The position numbers and the translations under genes were made by a program. Below, piece by piece: positions 37,043 to 46,459 of a DNA stretch of 64,000 bases. The notes below the pieces were generated by a model. It had not been told where the DNA came from. It was given only the letters and a program-made list of their open reading frames with translations, and ran no database searches. The DNA is from a bacterium (GTDB taxonomy: Bacteria > Electryoneota > RPQS01), in contig JADKHW010000025.1 in assembly GCA_016721565.1 (NCBI GenBank), forward strand, positions 1,416-65,415, read 5' to 3'. Position 1 is the first letter of the stretch. Every line of letters starts with the position of its first letter.

Positions 37043-38783
37043 GTGGTATTTTGCTTAAGGCATCGAGTCGCTCTTGCTCCACGACGCGCCTACTCTCAAT
37101 AGTAAAGATGAAGAAATGCGCGAACGAAATCGTATAGACAAAAGTCCAGAACAACAGAATGTACACAAAGGGTGCGACAGCTTCGGTGCGGGACATGTGA
37201 AACAGCAATCCGCCGATGATTAACAACGTAACGAAGATATAACTTTGCGGCGTTTTCCAGAACGGCTTATGCACATGAATGGCTTTCTTGGGAGCGGGGA
37301 CAAAAATCCTCACGTTGCCGAACACGCCACGCAAAACGGACGTGACATACACAGGCAACGTGTTGGCAAGCAGCCCTTGCAGCAGCACGAGATTTCGCAG
37401 CGAATAGCCGCGTAGCCGCATGTGCACATACGGAAACAGTGCAACCGCGACATACAAGGGATAAACTGAAAGATAGACGTAGTCGATTGGCCTCATCGTG
37501 GGCTGTAAATACCAATCCGCGCCGCCGACTCCGAACCTAACGAACAACAGAAGCAGCATTGGTACCGTCGCCAGATAACCAAGCGCGAGTGTCACAAAGT
37601 AATAGCCCGATGACCACAAGTAATCGATTGCAATCTTAAACGGAACGCGGTTCTTTGTCCATTGATTTTTCCATACAATTCTGGCGACCGAGGTGTTACC
37701 CGTGGCCCAGCGACGCTGTTGCTTCCAATAACCGTACACTGTCGTTGGCCCCATCCCAATTGCGTAAGCCTTGCGATGATAGAGCGACTTCCATCCTTTC
37801 GCATGCAACCAAAACGACGTCATCAAATCTTCCGATACGGTGTGCTCGTCCCATCCGCCGACGCTGTCGAGCGCGTCAATTCGCATCACAAAATTCGACC
37901 CGCAGCACAAGGCCTGCTCGTTTGCACCTTTGGCCTCCATCACCGAGTCGTACAGTAGCATCTCCTGCATCGCCGCCGCGCGAGTGGTCCACGTCTCTTC
38001 GGCATTTGCATAAAGCTGAGGGGTCTGCACAAACGCGAAACCGTCATCTTGTTCCAAGAGCGGCACGAGTTCGCGTAAGGCTTCAGGCTTGATCTCGTGA
38101 TCGACATCAAAGATCGCGATGTACTTTGCGTCCCCGCGCAAACTCGGCAGTGAATCGTTTAGCGCACCGGCCTTGTGTCCGCGATTTGGAATGTCGTGCA
38201 CCGACACGCCCAACTCTTCTGCAACTCGCGTGCAGGCAGCCTTGTTCTCCGGTGTGCGCGAGTTTTCAATCAGATAGGCTCGATAATTTGGGTAATCAAG
38301 CTGCTTGACGGTGCGTAAGCTACGTTCGAGAATATCCGGATCCTCGTCACAGCAGGCAATCATAATCAGCACTTCTGGAGCAGGCTCCTGCAGCGGCAAC
38401 GTCGGCGGAAGTTTGTAGCGATGCGTCGCGCGCCAGCAATAGAAGATGTACAAGAGCCAATGTGACAGCACAAGCAGTTCACAACCAAGCAGAACAAATA
38501 GTCCGAACGCGTGCACGGGTTCCCAACCCGTTGCGCGCAAGCTTGCGGTGTTGGCAATTTGCGCGAGTACGTACTTCATAAACGGGATTCGCAAACCCTG
38601 CACAAAGATAAATACAATCGCCATCACAAAAAACCACGCCGTCACAGTTCGGCGCAGTGCGGGTGTACGGCGGTATTGATCAAACACCGTGTTGATCTCG
38701 GTTCGCGGTTTATAGCCCAGCATAATCAGCGCGGCCAACAGCAAAACTACGAGCGCGGTGTAAATTCCTATCGAAAGAATCAT
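37014..38783 (-). CDS. Processive family-2 glycosyltransferase (cellulose/chitin/PNAG-synthase-like) with flanking TM helices.
   Basis: GT2 D, DxD (FDVDH), TED-like and Q(Q/R)xRW motif (WKQQRRWATGN). TM helices at both ends. Confidence 0.75.
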   Translation of the reverse strand: MILSIGIYTALVVLLLAALIMLGYKPRTEINTVFDQYRRTPALRRTVTAWFFVMAIVFIFVQGLRIPFMKYVLAQIANTASLRATGWEPVHAFGLFVLLGCELLVLSHWLLYIFYCWRATHRYKLPPTLPLQEPAPEVLIMIACCDEDPDILERSLRTVKQLDYPNYRAYLIENSRTPENKAACTRVAEELGVSVHDIPNRGHKAGALNDSLPSLRGDAKYIAIFDVDHEIKPEALRELVPLLEQDDGFAFVQTPQLYANAEETWTTRAAAMQEMLLYDSVMEAKGANEQALCCGSNFVMRIDALDSVGGWDEHTVSEDLMTSFWLHAKGWKSLYHRKAYAIGMGPTTVYGYWKQQRRWATGNTSVARIVWKNQWTKNRVPFKIAIDYLWSSGYYFVTLALGYLATVPMLLLLFVRFGVGGADWYLQPTMRPIDYVYLSVYPLYVAVALFPYVHMRLRGYSLRNLVLLQGLLANTLPVYVTSVLRGVFGNVRIFVPAPKKAIHVHKPFWKTPQSYIFVTLLIIGGLLFHMSRTEAVAPFVYILLFWTFVYTISFAHFFIFTIESRRVVEQERLDALSKIPHGKAQVAQS

Positions 38784-38847
38784 AAATTCAGGGAATCCGG
38801 TAAAAGCGGACCAAAGTCGAGGGGTACGGCTTTGCGCTCGCGCAAAG

Positions 38848-40275
38848 TTATCTTAAGCGGGCAAATCCAAATCCCCGTCGGATTGATGTCTTCTGTCGCA
38901 TGGAGATCAACTGTGCGGACTTCCTTCCCCATGTATTGAGAAGCGGCAGCATGTTTCTATACGATTCTCGTTTGCTGTCATAAGAATCAACGACCCAGAT
39001 CCGCTCCGCGCTGTTTAGTAATGGTTCAAGCGCTTTCACGGAATCTGCGCGCATTACCTGTTCCCGCAAGTGCGGTAAAAGGTAGTGACGAATCGGAACA
39101 TTCGTGAACGGCGGATAAGGAATAATAATGTCATTCGAAGTGATGCGCGCAGAAAGATACTCTCCAGCCTGCCGCCACGGATCTTTGTCCACCTTAGTGT
39201 AGTAGTTCCACAGCGGATAGACCGTCAAACTCAGCAAGGCCAAAACAAACAGTTGTCTCGGTAAAGCTTGCAAGCTTGCGGATGCGGTTGCCATCAAAAA
39301 TATAACTATAAGCAAACCCGGAATCGTGTAACGTAAAACAAAAACCGGTGTCACGGTCAATGAGACAATCCACGGAAGAAGCCAGAAGGAAATTCCCAAT
39401 ATGAACAAAAAGATGAAGCCCAACCGCAATCGTGGTTCGCTATAGAATCTGAGGGCCGCAAGCACCGATACCAGCAATAGTGCCGCCGCGCCGACATACG
39501 GGTTCATAAAGTATTTGACCGGCGCTTCAAACAGATCTCTAACAGTGGGCGACGGAATCCAGCTTGCCATCGTTTCTCCGCCCATCTTGCTGAACATCGC
39601 CGCCGCGTTTTGTGCGGTTTCCGGGATGCAGAGTAAGCACAAGAACAAGAGCGTGAGATAGAACGGTTTCGGATAACGTCCCGCGCCGCGAAACTCGCGT
39701 TCACGCCTGAACGCTAAGAAGATGAGAATTTCGCTGAAGATCAGGAAGACCGCGAAGACGTGCGTGTAATAGGCAAGCGTCGTAACGAGAATGTAACCCC
39801 ACGCGAGCGGCCAGCGATGCTGGCGCATCAGCGAGAGCAACAATATGTACGAAGCCACACACAAGAACAGGAAAAGCGCGTAGGGCCGCGCTTCTTGAGA
39901 GTAGTAGATGGCAAATGGATGCACCGCGAAATACAACGCCGCGAGAATCGCACCGGTGTTCGTGAACAACTGCCGTCCGAGTGTGTACACCAACGGAATC
40001 GTCAGCGCCCCCCAAATAGCCGACCAGAACCGCAACGAGATTTCGCCCGTCCCGAAAATCAGCCCCCAAAACTTCACCCACAAATAATAGACAGGGCCTT
40101 GGGTCTCAGAATCCCAGCCAAACAGGAGGTCTCCAATGGTGTCATGGACTCGTTTGGCCGTGACAAGCTCGTCCAGCCACAGGCTCTCTTGCGCCAGTCC
40201 GTACATCCGCAGGGCAAATCCTAACAAAATGATCAGCCACAGCCAGCGCGAGTTTTCGGCTTCGGACCTTAGCAC
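38848..40275 (-). CDS. GT39/ArnT/PMT-family membrane glycosyltransferase.
   Basis: N-terminal ESLWLDELVTAKR ... PPVYYLW ... GRQLF ... ALYFAVHPFAIYYSQEARPYALF pattern typical of the ArnT/PMT family. About 11 TM helices. Confidence 0.65.
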   Translation of the reverse strand: MLRSEAENSRWLWLIILLGFALRMYGLAQESLWLDELVTAKRVHDTIGDLLFGWDSETQGPVYYLWVKFWGLIFGTGEISLRFWSAIWGALTIPLVYTLGRQLFTNTGAILAALYFAVHPFAIYYSQEARPYALFLFLCVASYILLLSLMRQHRWPLAWGYILVTTLAYYTHVFAVFLIFSEILIFLAFRREREFRGAGRYPKPFYLTLLFLCLLCIPETAQNAAAMFSKMGGETMASWIPSPTVRDLFEAPVKYFMNPYVGAAALLLVSVLAALRFYSEPRLRLGFIFLFILGISFWLLPWIVSLTVTPVFVLRYTIPGLLIVIFLMATASASLQALPRQLFVLALLSLTVYPLWNYYTKVDKDPWRQAGEYLSARITSNDIIIPYPPFTNVPIRHYLLPHLREQVMRADSVKALEPLLNSAERIWVVDSYDSKRESYRNMLPLLNTWGRKSAQLISMRQKTSIRRGFGFARLR

Positions 40276-40465
40276 GGGCTAACCGAGTGTATGAGGAGCG
40301 CATTTGCCATATAATTTCACAAAATACAGGTTACAGCGCAGAATCTCAAGGCGGACTGTCCCGTAAATTGCAATGACAAAGGAAAATTGGTTTATTACCA
40401 AGACACAAGACCCGCGAAGCGGATCTTCTCAAGATTCATAAATTAATATTGGATAAAGGTTTAAA

Positions 40466-41365
40466 ATGAAACTCGGATTTGTCGGGCTGGGGAAAATGGG
40501 GGGCAATATGGTCGAACGACTGTTGCGCGGAGGCCACACTTGCGTCGTCACGAACCGGTCGCAGGACTCAATTGACGCGGCAGTCTCAAAAGGAGCCATT
40601 GGCGCCAAGGATTTAGCCGATGTGGTCTCTAAGCTTGACGGCCCCAAAGTTGTCTGGCTGATGATCCCCGCCGGAGCGCCTGTCGATGAGCATATCGCCA
40701 AACTGAAAACCATGCTCAAGGCCGGCGATGTTATCGTGGATGGCGGCAACTCTAATTTTCGCGACTCAATGCGGCGTGGCGAGGACTTAAAAGCTCTTGG
40801 AATTCATTTCGTTGACTCAGGCACCTCCGGCGGCGTCTGGGGTTTGCAGGTCGGTTATTGCCTGATGGTTGGCGGTAGCGAAGAGGCCTTCAAACTGCTC
40901 GAACCGGCGCTAAAAACGCTTGCTCCCGAGAACGGCTACATGCACTGTGGCCCGGTTGGCTCAGGCCATTTTGTCAAGATGGTTCATAATGGGGTAGAAT
41001 ATGCCATCATGCAATCTTACGCCGAAGGGTTTGAACTCATGCATCGCGGACCGTTCCCGATTGACTTGCCCGCGGTCTCCAAACTCTGGGAAAACGGCAG
41101 CGTTGTGCGTTCGTGGTTGCTTGAACTTGCCACACTCGCACTTCAAGACGATCCAAAGCTCGAAAAAGTAAAACCGTGGGTGGCAGACTCGGGTGAAGGC
41201 CGTTGGACAGTGCACGAATGCGTGGATTACGCCGTGCCTGCTCCGACAATTGCGGCGGCGGTGTTTGCGAGATTTGCTTCGCGAGATGAAGAAGGATTTG
41301 GCTTGAGGCTTCTGAGTGCACTGCGGAATCAGTTCGGCGGTCATGCCATGAAAACAGAGAAATGA
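40466..41365 (+). CDS. gnd: 6-phosphogluconate dehydrogenase (decarboxylating), short (about 300 aa) form.
   Basis: N-terminal NAD(P) fold MKLGFVGLGKMGGNMVERL. GHFVKMVHNGVEYAIMQSYAEGF catalytic-domain block. Confidence 0.8.
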   Translation: MKLGFVGLGKMGGNMVERLLRGGHTCVVTNRSQDSIDAAVSKGAIGAKDLADVVSKLDGPKVVWLMIPAGAPVDEHIAKLKTMLKAGDVIVDGGNSNFRDSMRRGEDLKALGIHFVDSGTSGGVWGLQVGYCLMVGGSEEAFKLLEPALKTLAPENGYMHCGPVGSGHFVKMVHNGVEYAIMQSYAEGFELMHRGPFPIDLPAVSKLWENGSVVRSWLLELATLALQDDPKLEKVKPWVADSGEGRWTVHECVDYAVPAPTIAAAVFARFASRDEEGFGLRLLSALRNQFGGHAMKTEK

Positions 41366-42894
41366 CCGACGCGACTCAGAATCCGTTCCGTAGCGGGATG
41401 CTGATGGAACATCCCGCCGATGCCTGTGTGCTGATTATTTTCGGCGGCACGGGTGACTTGGCACAGCGCAAACTCTTTCCGTCGCTGGCTCATCTCGTGC
41501 GCGAAGGCAGGCTTTCGGAACAAACGCAATTCCTTTGCGTCTCGCGCAAAGACCTCGATCAGAATGCATTTCGCGACGAGGTTCTGAAGAATGCGCGCGC
41601 GCTTGCCCCGGGTTCAATTCCCGATGAAGAGTTTGCGTCGAAGTTCGCCAATCGAATATTTACCGTCACGGATGCAGCTGAAAACGGCAAGTTCGACAAA
41701 CTTCGTTGGCGTTTGGGTGAAATGGCAGGAGCGGGCGGGCCGAAGAATCATTTGATCTATCTGTCTATTCCGCCGACTGGCTATGCTCCGACGATTGCCG
41801 CGCTGGGAGCAGTTGGTTTAGCCGAACCTGAGCCGGGTGCGTGGAGCAGAATCATCATCGAAAAACCGTTTGGCCGCGATTACGACAGCGCTGAAGCTCT
41901 GAATAGCTCGGCGGCGGCGGTGTTTCGTGAAGATCAGATATATCGTATCGATCACTATCTCGGCAAAGAGACCGTGCAGAATATTCTGGTCTTGCGTTTG
42001 GCCAACACCCTCTTTGAACCGATTTGGAATCATCACTACGTCGATCACGTTGCGATCACCGCCTCTGAAGCGCTCGGCGTCGAAGAGCGCGCGCAATACT
42101 ACGAAGAGTCCGGTGCGCTACGCGACATGATTCAGAATCACTTGATGCAGATTCTCGCAATGGTTGCCATGGAGCGGCCCGCGAGCCTTGCCGCCGAAGC
42201 CATTCGCGATGAAAAACGCAAAGTTCTGGAATCTGTCAGACCATTTACCGAGCAGGATGTTCCGAATGTCGCGGTGCGCGCGCAATATGCCGCTGGAGCC
42301 GTTGCGGGTAAGGCGGTAGTTGGTTACCTTGATGAAAGAGGGATTAAGCCCAACTCGCGCACGGAAACATACGCGGCGCTAAAACTGCACATTGACAATT
42401 GGCGCTGGAGCGGCGTGCCGTTCTATTTGCGCACGGGAAAACGCTTGGCCAAGCGCGTCACCGAAGTCGCGATTGTATTTCGCAAAGTTCCGCACATGGT
42501 GTTTGCGCAATCTCCGGTGGACAGGCTTGAACAAAATGTGTTGGCGATTCGCATTCAACCCAACGAAGGCATCAGCCTCAAGTTTGAAGCTAAACTGCCC
42601 GGCCACGCGCTCCATGTGCGGCCCGTCGAAATGGACTTTCGTTACGGAACATCATTCGGCGGAAGACTTTCCGACGCCTATGAACGCTTATTGCTCGATG
42701 CGATGATCGGAGATCAAACACTCTTTGCCCGACGCGATTCAGTTGAAGAGGGTTGGCGGATTGTGCAGCCTGTGCTGAATGCGTGGGCCAACGACAAAAG
42801 CGATCCGCTTCCACAATATGTTGCCGGAAGCTGGGGTCCCTCGGAAGCGGATGTACTGCTCGCCGCACACAACCATCGCTGGAGAAAATTGTGA
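41362..42894 (+). CDS. zwf: Glucose-6-phosphate 1-dehydrogenase.
   Basis: Active-site RIDHYLGKE, NADP-binding GGTGDLAQRKL, EKPFGRD. ATGA overlap with gnd. Confidence 0.9.
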   Translation: MTDATQNPFRSGMLMEHPADACVLIIFGGTGDLAQRKLFPSLAHLVREGRLSEQTQFLCVSRKDLDQNAFRDEVLKNARALAPGSIPDEEFASKFANRIFTVTDAAENGKFDKLRWRLGEMAGAGGPKNHLIYLSIPPTGYAPTIAALGAVGLAEPEPGAWSRIIIEKPFGRDYDSAEALNSSAAAVFREDQIYRIDHYLGKETVQNILVLRLANTLFEPIWNHHYVDHVAITASEALGVEERAQYYEESGALRDMIQNHLMQILAMVAMERPASLAAEAIRDEKRKVLESVRPFTEQDVPNVAVRAQYAAGAVAGKAVVGYLDERGIKPNSRTETYAALKLHIDNWRWSGVPFYLRTGKRLAKRVTEVAIVFRKVPHMVFAQSPVDRLEQNVLAIRIQPNEGISLKFEAKLPGHALHVRPVEMDFRYGTSFGGRLSDAYERLLLDAMIGDQTLFARRDSVEEGWRIVQPVLNAWANDKSDPLPQYVAGSWGPSEADVLLAAHNHRWRKL

Positions 42895-43955
42895 GCGGCC
42901 CAAACTTGATGACACCGCTTGCTCCACCGCAAGAGGTGGACATTGATAAAATCGAGCAGGAGCTTGAATCGCTTTGGCGTGAAGCAGAGTCTGCCGATCA
43001 TCCAATCACACGCGCGACCGCGTTCAATCTCGTGCTCGTATGCGACCACGGAGCAGAAGAAGACGCTCGCGAGCTGATTCCTGAACTCGCGCTTGTGCAC
43101 CCGACGCGCACAATTTTGGTCGTGCTAAATGAATCCGCACCGTCAGCCCAACGCGCGTGGGTAACCGCGCACTGCCGTAAACTCGAAGGCGAGAATCGCC
43201 AGATCTGTTCTGAGGCCATCATCGTCGAAATTGACGGTGAATCTTCGTTGCGCGCGTCTTCGTTGATTCACTCTCTCTCGCTCGGCAGTTTGGCAACAGC
43301 GATTGTGTGGCATCAATCATTGCCGCTGGATCACGCTTTGCTCAAGAGTCTTGCGAGGAGCAGTGAACGCGTCATCACCTGCGCAACGGATGATCTTGCT
43401 CCGGCCTCTACATTGAAACAGTGGCTCGAACTTTACGAAAGTGTGCCACAAGAGTGTGTCGTGACCGATTTGTTGTGGGCAGAACTCTCCGGTTGGCGCG
43501 GCGCAGTCGCTGAACTTTTTGATCAAGGATCGAATATCGCGACTCTCAAAGAGGTGCGCATTCACTCCTCCGGCGACAAAATGACCTGCGGTGCGCTGTT
43601 GTGCGCAGCCTGGATTGCCTCGACGCTCGAATGGAAATTCCAAAGCGTCTCACTGTTCGGCAGCCATCCGGTTATTGCGTGTGACGGCGAACGCAATATC
43701 GTGTTTTATCCCGAAGGCGGCGCAGTGCCTCCGGGAATCGAGTTCATCTTTTCAAATAACGAGTGCAGCTCTGTGAAGCAAGCCGGCAATCACTTCTCGT
43801 TAACGTGTGGAGATGTTAAGCGCGTCGCACCGCTGCGTCAAGCGGATACGCTCGCGCTCTTAACCCACGAACTTCACGCATGGGGCCGCGATCCTCGCAT
43901 GGATAAAAGCGTGCGCATGGCTCACGACTGGTTGCCGGAGTTACTCTTTTCATGA
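42891..43955 (+). CDS. opcA: OpcA-like glucose-6-phosphate dehydrogenase assembly/allosteric protein (GTG start overlapping zwf stop as GTGA).
   Basis: Position directly after zwf. N-terminal IEQELESLWRE ... ITRATAFNLVLVC region resembles the OpcA family. Assignment by context plus weak motif recall. Confidence 0.5.
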   Translation: MSGPNLMTPLAPPQEVDIDKIEQELESLWREAESADHPITRATAFNLVLVCDHGAEEDARELIPELALVHPTRTILVVLNESAPSAQRAWVTAHCRKLEGENRQICSEAIIVEIDGESSLRASSLIHSLSLGSLATAIVWHQSLPLDHALLKSLARSSERVITCATDDLAPASTLKQWLELYESVPQECVVTDLLWAELSGWRGAVAELFDQGSNIATLKEVRIHSSGDKMTCGALLCAAWIASTLEWKFQSVSLFGSHPVIACDGERNIVFYPEGGAVPPGIEFIFSNNECSSVKQAGNHFSLTCGDVKRVAPLRQADTLALLTHELHAWGRDPRMDKSVRMAHDWLPELLFS

Positions 43956-44674
43956 ACCCTGAAATCATCTATTGCGAGTTCCCCGACGACGTCGCCGAAG
44001 CGGCGGCGGCACTCTTGCACGAGCTTCAAGAAGAAGCAATCGCCGAGCGCGGCGTGTTTCGCATTGCGCTATCCGGCGGTTCGACTCCTGCTTTGCTGTT
44101 CAAACTGCTTGCAAGCGCAGAGTGGAGAGATGAGATGGACTTTGCCAATTGGGAAGTTTATTGGGTTGACGAACGCGCAGTTCCTCCAACACACAAAGAC
44201 TCCAATTACAAACTCGCCAATGATCTCTTATTAAGCAAAGTGGTAATAGGCGAGGTCTTTCGCATGATCGGCGAACATGCTGATTTACACGAAGCCGCCA
44301 ACGAATACGCACGCACGCTTAAGAGCCGCTTCATTCCCGAATCAGTTTCGTTCGATGCAGTCTTGCTTGGAATGGGAGCAGATGGTCACACCGCATCGTT
44401 GTTTCCCGGCACCCCGGTTTTGGAATCGGGAGCATTAGTCGAAGCGGTTGAAATCCCGGGCAACGCGATTCCCAAACGCTTGACTCTAACTCTTCGCATC
44501 ATCAACAGCGCACGCGCCGCAATCTTCTTGGTCACAGGCGAAGAGAAAGCCGCACGCTTACGCGAAGTCTTAATCGACAACAACTACAAATACCCTGCAA
44601 CAAGAATTGAACCCCGCGAAGGCCGCTTAATTTGGATTATCGACGAAGATGCCGCCAGCGAATTGAACGAATAA
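43952..44674 (+). CDS. pgl: 6-phosphogluconolactonase.
   Basis: ALSGGSTP, WEVYWVDERAVPPTHKDSNY, LGMGADGHTASLFPG blocks of the Pgl/DevB family. ATGA overlap with opcA. Confidence 0.85.
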   Translation: MNPEIIYCEFPDDVAEAAAALLHELQEEAIAERGVFRIALSGGSTPALLFKLLASAEWRDEMDFANWEVYWVDERAVPPTHKDSNYKLANDLLLSKVVIGEVFRMIGEHADLHEAANEYARTLKSRFIPESVSFDAVLLGMGADGHTASLFPGTPVLESGALVEAVEIPGNAIPKRLTLTLRIINSARAAIFLVTGEEKAARLREVLIDNNYKYPATRIEPREGRLIWIIDEDAASELNE

Positions 44675-44697
44675 CGCAATATAAAGTTCACTAATGC

Positions 44698-44730
44698 AAA
44701 ACGGGCGACCCATCAGGTCGCCCGTTTCCT
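44698..44730. terminator. Bidirectional intrinsic terminator.
   Basis: AAAA-CGGGCGACC-catca-GGTCGCCCG-TTTCCTATTT. Reads as stem + TTTTGCATT on the minus strand. Confidence 0.65.
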
Positions 44731-44749
44731 ATTTCTAATTTCATACTTC

Positions 44750-46459
44750 CTATTTAAACAGGAAATACACTCCCGCAAAGGGTCGAATCTGCACGTCTTC
44801 ACCGTCCGGCAAATATGCCTTAACGCCCGCATTGACTTGCAAAATGTCGATGTCCAATTGAAGGGAACCATCGAGCATTGGCGCCTCAATGTAGGGGAAG
44901 AAAAGTGTCTCCACTCTGTCTTTATAAGTGTCGTTGTCAAACGTCGCGTTAAGGATATTATTCTGCGCACCTACCTCAAGACGTAATCGTTGGCTCTTGC
45001 TACTCATGACAGTCCAGCGTAACGCAATCGTCTGATAGAAGACACTTGCGGAAATAGAGTTGACTTCCGGCAAATCTGGGACTTCGTCGGAACTTACAAC
45101 TTTACTACCAAATGATATTCCTGAATTGGAATGCACGCCTGCACCGGCAGTGATTTGAGTTTGATCCGAAAACTTGTAGTTCAGATTGCCACTTACTTCA
45201 AATGCGCTTTTGAGTTTCCATTCCCAAAATTGGTTCTCAACTGAGAATTGTTCAGGCGAAGTTTCCTGCCACATTAGATAGCGGCTGTCATCTGGACCAG
45301 GCCATATCGCCGCAAGTCGCATCCAAAGACCAACTCTCTTTCCTGCTCCATACGGTGCTAACTTATCGACGCCAAATTTTGTAGCAAGTTCGTAATGCCC
45401 GAGATCTTGTGCGGCAGGCTCATTGAAGTATTTCCCAATCTTCTCATCATCCCAACCCGCCCTCACGCGATCCCAAAACAAATTGTCCTGAAACAGAGTG
45501 CGAATGCCCACGAAGGCAAACAGCGAACGATCCCACGCGGGGATGTACATCAATTCCGCCGACGTGCCTAAAAATCTTGCCGTCAAAGTATCGCTTGTCC
45601 ACGGCGCAAGTTCGGCGGTGAAACGCAAACCGATGCGCGAATTTACCTCTTGCCGCCCGGCAACCCATCTGTCCCACACGCCAAATTCCCACTCATTACC
45701 CGCCGCAAACGCAAGTCGGCCGCGCGACGCTTCACGCTGTGACATCGAGTAGCCGCCGCCCAGCATACCCAGCGCTTCGCGGTAAAACAAATTGCGCGGC
45801 TGTTCAAGCAGTTCGCTGGGCACATACACCGTATCTCGAATGATTATCGGATCTTTTTCGACTGTGACGATTTCCGGCACGAACACCGTGTCATGAATGA
45901 ACACCGTTACCGTGTCAAACCGCGACGGCTCCAGTCTGGGAAAACTCACGCGCGTCGAATCAAAATTCCATAATCTGATTTGCGCGCCGCTGTTCGTGAA
46001 TTTGAAATAGCCTTCGATTGTGGCACCGCGGTAGCCGCGCGCGAGTCGCTCTTGCAATCCCGCGAGTATGCCGTAACCTAATGCTTTGCCGCCGCGACTA
46101 CTTATCGCAACCGAATCAAACACCGTGTGGTATTGACGGTTTTCATATATTTCTGCATTGGCCGGCAGTCTGAACGAACGTAAGAGCGAATCGAGCCGCT
46201 CGCTAATCGGTTCAAGCCGGAGCACACGCCCCGTCGGATAGAGCACGACCGCATCGTTCTGATCGAAACCGTCACTTAGCAGGTCGGTGATCATCACGCG
46301 CTCAATCGTCTCGTTGCCCAAGAACAACTCATCGCGCAAGACTTGAATTTCTCGCGCGTCTGTGACATTCTGTTGTGTCACGACCTTAAAGTCCACTTCT
46401 GCAAACACATTCATCGTCATCGCCGCAAGCGCGGCCCATAGCCATCTCATGTGCTTCAC
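44750..46459 (-). CDS. Hypothetical outer-membrane beta-barrel protein.
   Basis: Signal peptide MKHMRWLWAALAAMTMNVFA. Alternating amphipathic beta-strand pattern. C-terminal ... GVYFLFK ending in Phe-x. Confidence 0.45.
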   Translation of the reverse strand: MKHMRWLWAALAAMTMNVFAEVDFKVVTQQNVTDAREIQVLRDELFLGNETIERVMITDLLSDGFDQNDAVVLYPTGRVLRLEPISERLDSLLRSFRLPANAEIYENRQYHTVFDSVAISSRGGKALGYGILAGLQERLARGYRGATIEGYFKFTNSGAQIRLWNFDSTRVSFPRLEPSRFDTVTVFIHDTVFVPEIVTVEKDPIIIRDTVYVPSELLEQPRNLFYREALGMLGGGYSMSQREASRGRLAFAAGNEWEFGVWDRWVAGRQEVNSRIGLRFTAELAPWTSDTLTARFLGTSAELMYIPAWDRSLFAFVGIRTLFQDNLFWDRVRAGWDDEKIGKYFNEPAAQDLGHYELATKFGVDKLAPYGAGKRVGLWMRLAAIWPGPDDSRYLMWQETSPEQFSVENQFWEWKLKSAFEVSGNLNYKFSDQTQITAGAGVHSNSGISFGSKVVSSDEVPDLPEVNSISASVFYQTIALRWTVMSSKSQRLRLEVGAQNNILNATFDNDTYKDRVETLFFPYIEAPMLDGSLQLDIDILQVNAGVKAYLPDGEDVQIRPFAGVYFLFK

